36,083 nucleotides of DNA. Origin: Eubacteriales bacterium. GTDB taxonomy: Bacteria; Bacillota; Clostridia; Oscillospirales; CAG-272. The notes under the pieces are model-generated. The model saw only the letters and a list, made by a program, of their open reading frames with translations, did no database searches and was not told where the DNA came from. Numbering within the stretch: the stretch's first letter is position 1; each line of letters starts with the position of its first letter. Positions 28,064-36,083 of the stretch are shown piece by piece. The position numbers were made by a program, and so were the translations under genes. The stretch is from contig JAZSDJ010000047.1 of the NCBI GenBank assembly GCA_045531105.1, forward strand, positions 1-36,083, given 5' to 3'.

Positions 28064-28926
28064 CCCGTAAAAGACAGAAAAAGAAATAAAAAAGATTTAT
28101 GTGCCAAAATTTTATAAAAAGCGAAAATCTTTTGTTTTAGTGGATTATTAAACGCCCTTGCGTCTGATTTTATAATGAATTTTTATGATTAAAAGGAGAA
28201 GTGGTTGATTGAATTTTATTATTTTTAGGGTTTAAAACAGAATTTGTTAAATTTTTTCGTTTATTTTTTTTGTTATGATTAAGTGATATGATTGCAAATA
28301 AAACGCAGAAAATAGTTAAGAAAAAAGATTTTAAAAAGAAATTTAAAAGCAAATTTGATATCTTTTCCGCATTTTTTAACAAAAAATCTGTAAAAAATGA
28401 AAACGGGAAGTGCATGTATGAGTTTTTGGGCTGAAAATTTTTTGAAAAATACATTTTTGGTGCTATTTTTTCGCTTTTTGGCACATTTTTGCGACGATTG
28501 GCGCAGGAAATGGAATTTGCATCAGGATTTTGGTGTTGGAATTTGAAAATTATAGCCATTTTTACCTTTAACAGTTCTCCTCTCGGTTTTGAGGGTTGAA
28601 TTTTGCTACTCTGATGCCTTGCTTTTGTTGGCAAATAAGATACGAATAATTTCAAAGTGTAAAAGGAGCAATAGCGAAGAAAGTATGCGCTTTTGAGTAA
28701 ATAACACGGATTTTTGGGCGAAAAGAACAGTTTTTAAAGAAAATTAGTTAGCAAACTAACTAAAATCAATAAAATTTGCGAAAAAACGGCAAGAATTGAT
28801 TAGGAAACTAACTAAATTGCAAAGAGAGCGGATTTTGAGGTTGAAAGAAACCATTATTTTATTGACAAGCAGAAAAAGAAGTGGAGAAAAAGAAACAAAA
28901 TAAAAAAGATAATAGAATTGTTTCTA

Positions 28927-28956
28927 TTGACTTTTATTGCGCGCGTGTGATATACT
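28927..28956 (+). promoter_or_regulatory. Candidate promoter for soj-spo0J
   Basis: TTGACT (28927-28932), an 18-nt spacer, then an extended -10 gTGaTATACT (TATACT at 28951-28956). Confidence 0.55.
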
Positions 28957-29073
28957 AATATATGAACAGATTTTAAAATGATAGTGGCAAGCGAGTGCGT
29001 ATATGTATAAATCGCTTCGCTTAATGAATGCAGGGGCTTGGTCATTATTCATTTTTACTCGACAGGGGGATTT

Positions 29074-29856
29074 ATGTCACAGGTTATATCTTTTGTTAAT
29101 CAAAAGGGTGGAGTTGGTAAGACAACTTCCGCTATCAATGCTGCGACTATGCTCTCGGTGCTTAAAAACAAGGTTCTTTTAATAGATTTAGATCCTCAGG
29201 GGAGTTCAACAAGTGGCGTTGGAATACAGAAAAATCAGACGCAGAACAACGCTTATGATGTTATTATTGGTGGTTGCGATATTCGTTCTGCGATTTTGAA
29301 AACTCGTTTTCCGAACTTGCATTTGCTTCCTGCAAATGTTGACTTGGCTGCCGCTGATTACGAACTTACCTCGCAAGACGGGCGCGAATTTTTCTTAAAG
29401 CGCCAACTTGAAAAATTGACGGGCGAATTTTATTATGATTACATAATTATCGACTGCCCGCCATCAATAGGGCTTTTAACGATTAACGCATTGAGTGCAA
29501 GTAACAGTTTAATAATACCACTTCAATGCGAATATTACGCGCTTGAAGGCTTGTCACAACTTATGATGACGGTCAAAAAGGTCAAGCAGTTATACAATCC
29601 AAAACTTTACATTCTTGGCATACTTGTTACAATGTATAGCCCGAGATTGAAACTCTGCACACAGGTGTTTGAGGAACTTAAAAAATACTACGAGGACAAA
29701 CTCTTTGACACGAAGATTTCACGCACGGTAAAACTTTGCGAGTGTCCGAGTTATGGAGAGCCTATATATTATTATGCAAGGTATTCAAAGCCGAGCCTTG
29801 AATATCTTGATTTAGCGAAAGAAATTATAAATCGAACAGGGGGATTTTTGATATGA
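29074..29856 (+). CDS. soj: ParA/Soj chromosome-partitioning ATPase
   Basis: Deviant Walker A NQKGGVGKTT, then LLIDLDPQGS and IIIDCPPS. The start MSQVISF at 29074 is preceded by GGGGGA, so the 12 upstream codons in the ORF track are probably not translated. Confidence 0.93.
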   Translation: MSQVISFVNQKGGVGKTTSAINAATMLSVLKNKVLLIDLDPQGSSTSGVGIQKNQTQNNAYDVIIGGCDIRSAILKTRFPNLHLLPANVDLAAADYELTSQDGREFFLKRQLEKLTGEFYYDYIIIDCPPSIGLLTINALSASNSLIIPLQCEYYALEGLSQLMMTVKKVKQLYNPKLYILGILVTMYSPRLKLCTQVFEELKKYYEDKLFDTKISRTVKLCECPSYGEPIYYYARYSKPSLEYLDLAKEIINRTGGFLI

Positions 29857-30737
29857 AAAAAACAGGACTTGGAAAAGGACTTGAATCAATTTTTGCAGAC
29901 AATTATACAGAGAAGGTCGCAAAAAACGAGGGCGTAAACAAAATTAAACTCTCTCAAATTGAAACAAAAAGCGACCAACCGAGAAAATATTTTGACACAG
30001 ATGCGCTTGAAACCTTGGCAGACTCTATTGCTCAACACGGACTTTTGCAACCTATTCTCGTTCGCAAGGTGGAGAGTGGCTTTTATCAGATAATCGCAGG
30101 CGAACGCAGATACAGGGCTTCAAAAATGGCAGGACTTACAGAAATCCCTGTTGTTATAATTGAGGCAGATGAACTCAAAACGGCAGAACTCGCTATCGTT
30201 GAAAATGTTCAAAGAGAGGACCTCAATCCTTATGAAGAAGCGCAAGCGTATGCGTCACTTATGGACGATTTTGATTTGACACAAGAGCAGGTTAGCGAAA
30301 AGGTTGGCAAATCCCGTAGTGCGATTGCAAACACACTTCGCCTTCTTGAATTGCCCGAGGAAGTTCTTGAAATGCTTAAAACGGGAGATATCAGTGCAGG
30401 TCACGCAAGAGCGCTCCTTGCCCTCAAAAACAAGGAAGAAATCGTTGATACAGCGCAAAAAATTCTCATTCGTTCACTTAGCGTAAGAGATACAGAGGCG
30501 CTTGTAAAGAAACTCAACAGAGTTGTTGAAATTATTGACGGAATTGAAGAAACCGAGATTGTTGTTGACTATGTAAAGGACCTCGAAAACAGAGCGAGAA
30601 CTCTTATTGGTAGACAAGTAAAAATCAAAGCGAAGGGCAAGTCGAAGTCTGTTCAAATTGAGTTTACAGACAACGAGGACCTTGAAGAAATTTTGGTTAA
30701 ACTTTGTGGCAAGAAAATCATTGAGGGAGTTCTATGA
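29853..30737 (+). CDS. spo0J: ParB/Spo0J chromosome-partitioning protein
   Basis: GLGKGLESIF, SDQPRK, LLQPILVR, GERRYRAS and an HTH (LTQEQVSEKVGKSRSAIANTLRLL). Its ATG overlaps the soj stop as ATGA. Confidence 0.93.
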   Translation: MKKTGLGKGLESIFADNYTEKVAKNEGVNKIKLSQIETKSDQPRKYFDTDALETLADSIAQHGLLQPILVRKVESGFYQIIAGERRYRASKMAGLTEIPVVIIEADELKTAELAIVENVQREDLNPYEEAQAYASLMDDFDLTQEQVSEKVGKSRSAIANTLRLLELPEEVLEMLKTGDISAGHARALLALKNKEEIVDTAQKILIRSLSVRDTEALVKKLNRVVEIIDGIEETEIVVDYVKDLENRARTLIGRQVKIKAKGKSKSVQIEFTDNEDLEEILVKLCGKKIIEGVL

Positions 30738-31201
30738 TTAGCCTTTTTTCGCAAAGTATAAGCCATAATATAACCACAGGGGTGCTTGTAATTGGATTTA
30801 CCATTGGCGCAATTCTTGCGTTTAGTGTGTACTTTTTCCAAACTCGTATACTCGGTTCACTCATTCGCGCATTACTTAAAGATGCGATAGGCGAGCAAAA
30901 TGCGAAAACTCTTGAACAAATTGAGAAAAATAACTTCTTTTTCAAGTTCTATTTAAGAGATGGCAGTATTCTTCGCAAATATATAAAGGTTGTTGGAGAT
31001 ACCGTTCCAAAAAACAACGAGGGGAAATACGATTTTTCATGCGCTCGATTTTATATCGACGAAGAAAAGGCACAAGTGGCTGAAATTCGCTATTCAAAGG
31101 AAACAAAAATTTGGATTTTCGTCCTTGGCGTTGTCGCTATTGCAGTAGTTGGCGCTGTGATGTATTTCGCATTGCCATATTTGCTTGATGCGATTAGATG
31201 A
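30734..31201 (+). CDS. Small membrane protein translationally coupled to spo0J (position typical of the DUF4446-type gene; family not verified)
   Basis: 155-aa ORF with N-terminal and C-terminal hydrophobic helices (GVLVIGFTIGAILAFSVYFF and IWIFVLGVVAIAVVGAVMYFAL). ATGA overlap with the parB stop. Confidence 0.6.
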   Translation: MISLFSQSISHNITTGVLVIGFTIGAILAFSVYFFQTRILGSLIRALLKDAIGEQNAKTLEQIEKNNFFFKFYLRDGSILRKYIKVVGDTVPKNNEGKYDFSCARFYIDEEKAQVAEIRYSKETKIWIFVLGVVAIAVVGAVMYFALPYLLDAIR

Positions 31202-31326
31202 TGAATTCTCGCTTCGCTCCATGAATTGAACGCAACGCGTTCATGAATTGAGGCAGAGCCTCACGAATTCTCGAAAACTCCGTTTTCTCCATGTTGGTTA
31301 GATTACGAACAAGGTAGATACAATTA
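31199..31326 (+). repeat. Composite intergenic repeat, copy D (short form), oriented toward mgsA
   Basis: gatgaattctcgcttcgctccatgaattgaacgcaacgcgttcatgaattgaggcagagcctcacgaattctcg...ctccatgttggttagattacgaac..tacaat is the reverse complement of copies A, B, C and E. Confidence 0.75.
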
Positions 31327-31348
31327 TTAAAAAGGAAAATACTAAAAT

Positions 31349-31711
31349 ATGAAAATAGCATTAATTGCACATGACAAAAAGAAAAATGATATGATAAATC
31401 TTGCAATAGAGTACAAAGATGTGCTTTCAAAGCATGAACTCTATGCAACAGGAACAACGGGTACGCTTGTTATGGGCGAAACAGGTCTTAGCGTACATAG
31501 AATGAAAAGTGGCCCTCTTGGTGGAGACCAACAAATCGGTTCAATGGTAGCCGAGGGCGCGCTCGACCTCATAATCTTTCTTCGTGACCCGTTAACCTCT
31601 CAACCTCACGAGCCAGATGTTTCTGCGCTCCTTCGCCTTTGCGATGTTCAATCAATCCCCCTTGCAACAAATGTCGCAAGCGCAAAAATCATTCTTTCTA
31701 CTCTTAAATAA
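31349..31711 (+). CDS. mgsA: Methylglyoxal synthase
   Basis: 120-aa ORF with [27 protein letters not shown] and DPL..QPHEPDV..LLRL..V..IP.ATN. Confidence 0.93.
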   Translation: MKIALIAHDKKKNDMINLAIEYKDVLSKHELYATGTTGTLVMGETGLSVHRMKSGPLGGDQQIGSMVAEGALDLIIFLRDPLTSQPHEPDVSALLRLCDVQSIPLATNVASAKIILSTLK

Positions 31712-31712
31712 C

Positions 31713-31740
31713 AAAAAGCACCTCGTTTGAGGTGCTTTTT
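31713..31740. terminator. Bidirectional terminator hairpin (aaaaagcacctc-gttt-gaggtgcttttt)
   Basis: It lies between the convergent mgsA and RHH genes. The same hairpin recurs at 32213-32242 and 33413-33441. Confidence 0.8.
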
Positions 31741-31753
31741 GAATGTGTGTTAT

Positions 31754-31939
31754 TTAGTCTTTCTTTGGTGGGTATTCGATTTCGCCTTCGGATTTTTCAA
31801 AATCCTTAATCGCTTGTCTTATGAGAAACAAAATCTCTCCGTTTGCAGAGCGACCAAAATATTTTGAAATATAATGAAGTTTATAATGCAATTCTTTGTC
31901 AATTTCTATGCCCAAGTGCTTGTTTTCCTTATTTCTCAT
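31754..31939 (-). CDS. Ribbon-helix-helix (Arc/CopG-like) small DNA-binding protein
   Basis: 61-aa ORF. HLGIEIDKELHYKLHYISKYFGRSANGEILFLIRQAIKDFE fits the beta-strand, helix, helix pattern of RHH proteins. Confidence 0.6.
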   Translation of the reverse strand: MRNKENKHLGIEIDKELHYKLHYISKYFGRSANGEILFLIRQAIKDFEKSEGEIEYPPKKD

Positions 31940-32051
31940 AAATTTTACCTCAAAATCTTAATTTAAGTATATTTTAAGATTATTTTATGGTACAATGTTG
32001 TTAGTATACTTGTTTTAAGTATACCAAATGTTGAAAAGAAAGGAAAAAGAA

Positions 32052-32231
32052 ATGAAGAAAGCAGAGGGGATAGGAATAATAAAAGAACTTGATAATTTGG
32101 GTAGGCTTGTAATACCAAAAGAAATGCGAGAAATGTTCAAGTTCGAAAAAGAGGTTGAAGTGGTTGTGACCCCAGAGGGAGTTTTAGTTCGCAATCCTGA
32201 ATACATACTTGTAAAAAAGCACCTCGGTTGA
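32052..32231 (+). CDS. AbrB/SpoVT-family DNA-binding protein
   Basis: The motif GIIKELDNLGRLVIPKEMREMF...V resembles the AbrB swapped-hairpin N-terminal domain. The start at 32052 has AGGAAA upstream. The ORF track's 32028 start is an alternative. Confidence 0.75.
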   Translation: MKKAEGIGIIKELDNLGRLVIPKEMREMFKFEKEVEVVVTPEGVLVRNPEYILVKKHLG

Positions 32232-32334
32232 GGTGCTTTTTTATGCGAAGTGCGGAGAGCGAAAAGATAAATCAATACAAAATAAACGCGGAGATTGCCT
32301 CGGGCGCTCGTCCGTCGGTTCGAACCGAGTCTGC

Positions 32335-32526
32335 ACCGAGATTGCTCGTTTAATTATATTGCTTCGTGGTTAATTAAGCAACTATGCGAAACAAAGGCGG
32401 AGTTTGGCTCTCGGTCCGCACCGAGCGCGTACCGAGATTGTCCGTTTAATTATATTGCTTCGAGGTTAATTAAGCAATTATGCGAAACAAAGGCGGAGTT
32501 TGGCTCTCGGTCCGCACCGAGTGGTT
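32335..32526 (+). repeat. Two tandem 96-nt units of repeat family 3
   Basis: accgagattg[c/t][t/c]cgtttaattatattgcttcg[t/a]ggttaattaagcaa..tatgcgaaacaaaggcggagtttggctctcggtccgcaccgag starts at 32335 and again at 32431. Confidence 0.85.
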
Positions 32527-32661
32527 CGTGGTAAGGCTTTGGCTAAAATTGCAAGTGAATTTTTAGTGACAAAATTGAACGTTGTGTGAAAAACATTGTA
32601 AAGACAAGAAGCATATGCTAAAATTAAAGTAGGAAGAGATTTTTGCAAAGGAGTTGACATT

Positions 32662-33411
32662 ATGAAAAGATTACTAGCATTAATTTTGGCACTGTTGCTT
32701 TGTCTTGGCTTGGTGTCTTGTGGCGTTTATGACAAGGATTTGACAAGTTCACAGGAGCAATCTACAAGTACAGAAAGCCCAAGTAGCGAGCGCGACTCAA
32801 ACAGCGAAACTCCTTTAACAGAGTCGTCAGGCGAGGAGTCAAGCTCCAAGGAAGAAATGTTGACAGGCAAAAGAGAATTAACATTGCTTCGAAATCCTCA
32901 ACAATTGCCTCCTGCTAGTGGTATAACTCCCGAATCGTTCAATGCGTATGTGTCATATAATGATGAATATCACCATAGTGTTGAAAGAGAAGGTGATTGG
33001 GATTTCGTAACGCAAGTAGTTTTGTCGTTTGAGGAATATAAATCATATATGTATCTTCCTCATCTAGAAGAATGTCCAATAACAGAAGAGACCTTTGAGG
33101 ATAACTTTGTTATTTTGATTAGTGGATTTTCTGGACATGTTCGTAGCGAACATGTTTATTATAGTGGCTTTGAAAGGCTTGACGAAACCCGCTACTATTT
33201 AAGATACAACCTAGTGTCTTGGGGGCAGGGATTTTCAGAAGCAGAAGATCCTTTCAGAGATATTTGTGTAATACCAAGGTCGCTATGCTCTGATGATTTG
33301 TCAACTATTCAAGTGAAAATTATACAAGAAAGCTATAAATTTGAAACAGGAGAGTTATACAATTCCGATTGCGAAAGATTTACCCAGTTTCCATATTATT
33401 TACCACAATAA
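32662..33411 (+). CDS. Lipoprotein of unknown function
   Basis: 249-aa ORF. The signal peptide has the lipobox LGLVSC, followed by a Ser/Glu-rich linker. Confidence 0.75.
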   Translation: MKRLLALILALLLCLGLVSCGVYDKDLTSSQEQSTSTESPSSERDSNSETPLTESSGEESSSKEEMLTGKRELTLLRNPQQLPPASGITPESFNAYVSYNDEYHHSVEREGDWDFVTQVVLSFEEYKSYMYLPHLEECPITEETFEDNFVILISGFSGHVRSEHVYYSGFERLDETRYYLRYNLVSWGQGFSEAEDPFRDICVIPRSLCSDDLSTIQVKIIQESYKFETGELYNSDCERFTQFPYYLPQ

Positions 33412-33412
33412 T

Positions 33413-33441
33413 AAAAAGCACCTCGGTTGAGGTGCTTTTTT
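33413..33441 (+). terminator. Terminator hairpin, third copy of the aaaaagcacctcggttgaggtgctttttt module
   Basis: Identical to 32213-32242. It is followed by the same family-3 flank (..gcggagagcgaaaagataaatcaatacaaaataa). Confidence 0.8.
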
Positions 33442-33592
33442 AATGCAAAATGCGGAGAGCGAAAAGATAAATCAATACAAAATAACCGCGTAATTTGGCT
33501 CTCGGTCCGCACCGAGTCCGTACCGAGCGCGAAAGGTTGCCTGTCGGGGCTTCCTTCTTTCTTCACTCTTTAATGTGGAGTTTGGCTCACCG

Positions 33593-34870
33593 CTAAATTT
33601 TAATAGCGCCGTACTTACGAATACGGAGAATATGACACGCGCCTGCGCCAAAAACAGCGTCGATTGTGTCTTTGTATGTATTTACTGTGTCGTTTGGAAC
33701 AAAGGCTTGAATTGTGCCAGCAAAGCCACCACCGTGGACTCTGAAAGCGCCTTTTTTGCCACACATAACATTATCTGTAATTGCAAGAGCGAGGGAAAGA
33801 CCTTGTTCTGCAACATTCTTTGTTGTGAAAACATTTTGTAGATACATATAAGAAGAACGGCCAGAGCGAAGAACATATTCGAAGAATGTGTCAGTGTCGC
33901 CATTTTTGAGCGCCTTTCTTTGCTCATCAACTCTTTCGTTTTCGTTAAAGAAGTGAATTGCACGAAGAACGGCTCTGTCGCCACACGCCACGCGAAGTCC
34001 CTTGATATCGCTCATAAGAGTTTCAAAATCCAACTGACGAAGGACTTCTTTTCCGTAATATTTAGCGACAGATTTCATTTCGGCGGGAACTGATGCGTAA
34101 TCGTCGTTCAGGTCTGCGTGGTTGCCACCTGTGTTTACGATACAGAGAGAGTAGCCCTCTGCGCTGAGGTCGAATGCGATTTTTTCAATGACGGGTGCAT
34201 TTGGCTTTTCAAAGTCGATAGCGACAAAGCCACCGACAGCGCACGCAACTTGGTCCATAAGACCACAAGGCTTGCCAAAGAATTTATTTTCAGCGAATTG
34301 AGCCATTTTAGCGATTTCAACATTGTCAACGTCTCCGTCGTTGTAGAAGTAGTTGAGAATGTTACCAATCATAACCTCGAAAGCGGCTGATGAAGAAAGT
34401 CCTGAGCCTTTGAACACATTAGAGGTTGTATAAGCCACATAGCCCCCTGTTTTCAAGCCGTTTTGGGCAAAAGCCTTAGCCATACCAGCGATAAGAGCGC
34501 CAGATTTGAAAAAGTCCTTCTCGTTTGGCTCTGTGTATGTAGAAATATCGACACAGTCCTCGTCAAAGCCCTTGCTCTTTATACGAATTGTTGAATCGTC
34601 CGTCTTTGATGCGACAGCGATAATGTCAAGGTTTATAGAGCCTGCAAGAACCTTTCCGTAGTTGTGGTCGGTGTGGTTTCCTGAAATTTCACTTCTTCCC
34701 GCAACGGAGAAGAGTTCGCACTCGCGCTCGCCATAAATTTTAGAAAATTCCTCGATTGCCTCGGCATAGCGAACCTTTTGAGTTTCAACATTTTCTTCAC
34801 CGTAAATGTCGGCAAAGCGAATATCAAATTCGCCATTTTTTACTGAATTTAAAAGTTGTGATGTTTTCAT
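33593..34870 (-). CDS. galK: Galactokinase-like GHMP kinase
   Basis: 425-aa ORF with GRSEISGNHTDHNYGKVLA (galactokinase signature type) and the GHMP motif KGSGLSSSAAFEV. The symbol is tentative. Confidence 0.8.
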   Translation of the reverse strand: MKTSQLLNSVKNGEFDIRFADIYGEENVETQKVRYAEAIEEFSKIYGERECELFSVAGRSEISGNHTDHNYGKVLAGSINLDIIAVASKTDDSTIRIKSKGFDEDCVDISTYTEPNEKDFFKSGALIAGMAKAFAQNGLKTGGYVAYTTSNVFKGSGLSSSAAFEVMIGNILNYFYNDGDVDNVEIAKMAQFAENKFFGKPCGLMDQVACAVGGFVAIDFEKPNAPVIEKIAFDLSAEGYSLCIVNTGGNHADLNDDYASVPAEMKSVAKYYGKEVLRQLDFETLMSDIKGLRVACGDRAVLRAIHFFNENERVDEQRKALKNGDTDTFFEYVLRSGRSSYMYLQNVFTTKNVAEQGLSLALAITDNVMCGKKGAFRVHGGGFAGTIQAFVPNDTVNTYKDTIDAVFGAGACHILRIRKYGAIKI

Positions 34871-34948
34871 AAATCTCCTTGGCAGAGAAAATTTGAACTT
34901 GATTTAGAATAACTAAAAAGCCCTGACTCTGCATTAAAAATCTAAAAA

Positions 34949-35746
34949 TTAAAACTTAATTACTTGACACGAAAGGGCGCGCCCTGTGTCCTCGTCTATT
35001 TCAAAAATCGCTCCGTTTCCCTCAATTTCGCCAGTTGCAAAATCGAATTTTGTGAGCATTTTTGTTTTCATTTTGTGAATGACATTTTCTTTTTTGACAC
35101 CAAGAATACTGTCCTTAGCGCCGACCATTCCGATATCGGTGACATACGCACAATGACCCTCTAAAACGCACGCGTCGTTTGTCTGTACATGAGTATGTGT
35201 GCCAAAACATGCGCTCAAACGATGCGAAAACTCGTAAGCGAGCGCCTTTTTTTCGCCCGTTGCCTCTGCGTGAATATCGCAAATTGCAAAATCGTACGCA
35301 CCCTCGTTTCTGATAAGCGCCTTTTCAATGGCTTCAAAAGGGCAAGAGGTGGCATCCATATACGCGCTTCCCAAAACATTCATGCAAAGTATGCGATAGC
35401 CATTGATTTTGATGATACAATCTCCGTGACCAGGGTTTTGAGAAGGAAAGTTAAGAGGGCGAAGAATAAAGTCTTCGTCGTCAAGGTACGAGAAAACAGT
35501 CGATTTTCTGTACACATGGTTGCCTGTTGTTATAACATCAACACCACACTCAAAAAGAGCATTGGCGCTTGATTTGTCAATTCCGTTTGGCTCGGCACAG
35601 TTCTCGCCATTGGCGATAACCATATCAATTTTGTGCGCCTTACGAACTGACCAGAGGTTTTCTTTGAGATACTCAACCGATAAAGGTCCACAAATATCTC
35701 CGATTGCTAAAATTTTGAACATAATTTTTTCGGGCATTTCGCCCAC
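34949..35746 (-). CDS. ymdB: YmdB-type metallophosphoesterase (TIGR00282-like)
   Basis: KILAIGDICG, VIANGEN, GNHVY and the metal-ligand pattern GTHTHVQTND. The start is uncertain: GTG at 35746, ATG at 35737 or ATG at 35722. Confidence 0.85.
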   Translation of the reverse strand: MGEMPEKIMFKILAIGDICGPLSVEYLKENLWSVRKAHKIDMVIANGENCAEPNGIDKSSANALFECGVDVITTGNHVYRKSTVFSYLDDEDFILRPLNFPSQNPGHGDCIIKINGYRILCMNVLGSAYMDATSCPFEAIEKALIRNEGAYDFAICDIHAEATGEKKALAYEFSHRLSACFGTHTHVQTNDACVLEGHCAYVTDIGMVGAKDSILGVKKENVIHKMKTKMLTKFDFATGEIEGNGAIFEIDEDTGRALSCQVIKF

Positions 35747-35776
35747 TTTCTATGCGACAGTGTCTCTATTTTTGGA

Positions 35777-35810
35777 AAACTTTGGCTGGAACAAAGTCCA
35801 GCCAAAGTTT
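35777..35810 (-). promoter_or_regulatory. Perfect 14-bp hairpin in the ymdB 5' region
   Basis: aaactttggctgga-acaaag-tccagccaaagttt. Function unknown; it could be an attenuator or a processing site. Confidence 0.35.
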
Positions 35811-35817
35811 ACGATAA

Positions 35818-36083
35818 TGATGAATTGCACACAGAGTGTGCATTAATTCTCGCCGACGGAGGTGCCGATTCCAAATTCCGCGTTCGCTTATAATAGACTT
35901 TTTATTTCTCCACGAAGCAATTTTGCTTTCGTTCGCGCTCTGCGACTCGCTTTGCTCGCATGCATATCTTCCACCAGCCAATCGCGCTTCGTCCCAACTC
36001 GCGCTTTTGGGGTGTCACCTACATTGTATGAACTCTATTACACCTTGTTCACACATCTAACCAACATGGAGCGAGTGGAACGA
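35818..36083 (-). repeat. Composite intergenic repeat, copy E (truncated by the window end), oriented toward ymdB
   Basis: gatgaattgcacacagagtgtgcattaattctcg... and 35940-36075 are near-identical to 5111-5300. Confidence 0.75.

Noticed and set aside
27874-28089. 71-aa plus-strand ORF overlapping the DnaA-box-like motifs.
   Set aside because: There is no SD and the composition is driven by repeated ggcttttcc/ccac words. It is more parsimonious as regulatory DNA.
28170-28655. 161-aa minus-strand ORF in the noc-soj gap.
   Set aside because: The translation is low-complexity and Lys/Asn/Phe-rich, as expected from an AT-rich tract. It has no recognisable motif or SD. I treat it as non-coding.
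31280-31326. The conserved repeat core (ttggttagat...TACAAT) as a standard sigma-A promoter.
   Set aside because: A TACAAT/TATAAT hexamer is conserved in all copies. However, no conserved -35 hexamer sits at 16-18-nt spacing; the candidates are TGAACA in E and acgaga in B. The promoter role is therefore kept only as a hypothesis within the repeat finding.
32295-32534. 79-aa ORF with an internally duplicated peptide (RDC.FNYIAS.LIKQLCETKAEFGSRSAPS twice).
   Set aside because: The duplication is simply the two 96-nt tandem DNA repeat units being translated. The same DNA occurs inverted at 13388-13620 without this frame.

Overview
This window is an origin-proximal chromosome segment of a low-GC Firmicute. 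The gene content looks Clostridia-like: remB, a noc-like parB, soj/spo0J, an abrB-like gene and ymdB.

Minus-strand genes, low to high coordinates: recA, a small lipoprotein, gyrA, gyrB, remB (DUF370), recF, a four-helix-bundle ORF (23S-rRNA-IVS/Avd-like), dnaN, dnaA and an FGGY sugar kinase.

Next come:
- a plus-strand tRNA-Ser(UGA) locus with an odd tandemly duplicated leader;
- two large paralogous lipoproteins;
- a self-contained five-gene minus-strand operon built around a VirD4/TraG-type ATPase that lacks a membrane anchor.

That operon is my best candidate for an undescribed system.

Downstream are:
- a noc-like parB;
- a 1.6-kb non-coding gap with four clustered parS sites, DnaA-box-like motifs and an AT-rich tract;
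- soj-spo0J and a coupled membrane protein;
- mgsA, a divergent RHH/AbrB regulator pair and a lipoprotein;
- a galactokinase-like GHMP kinase and ymdB.

Almost every intergenic spacer is assembled from a few repeat-module families. One family has inverted arrays of hairpins spaced by an AATTCATG core, and one copy of it carries the four-helix-bundle ORF.

All protein calls rest on motifs I recognise in the supplied translations. No database search was run.
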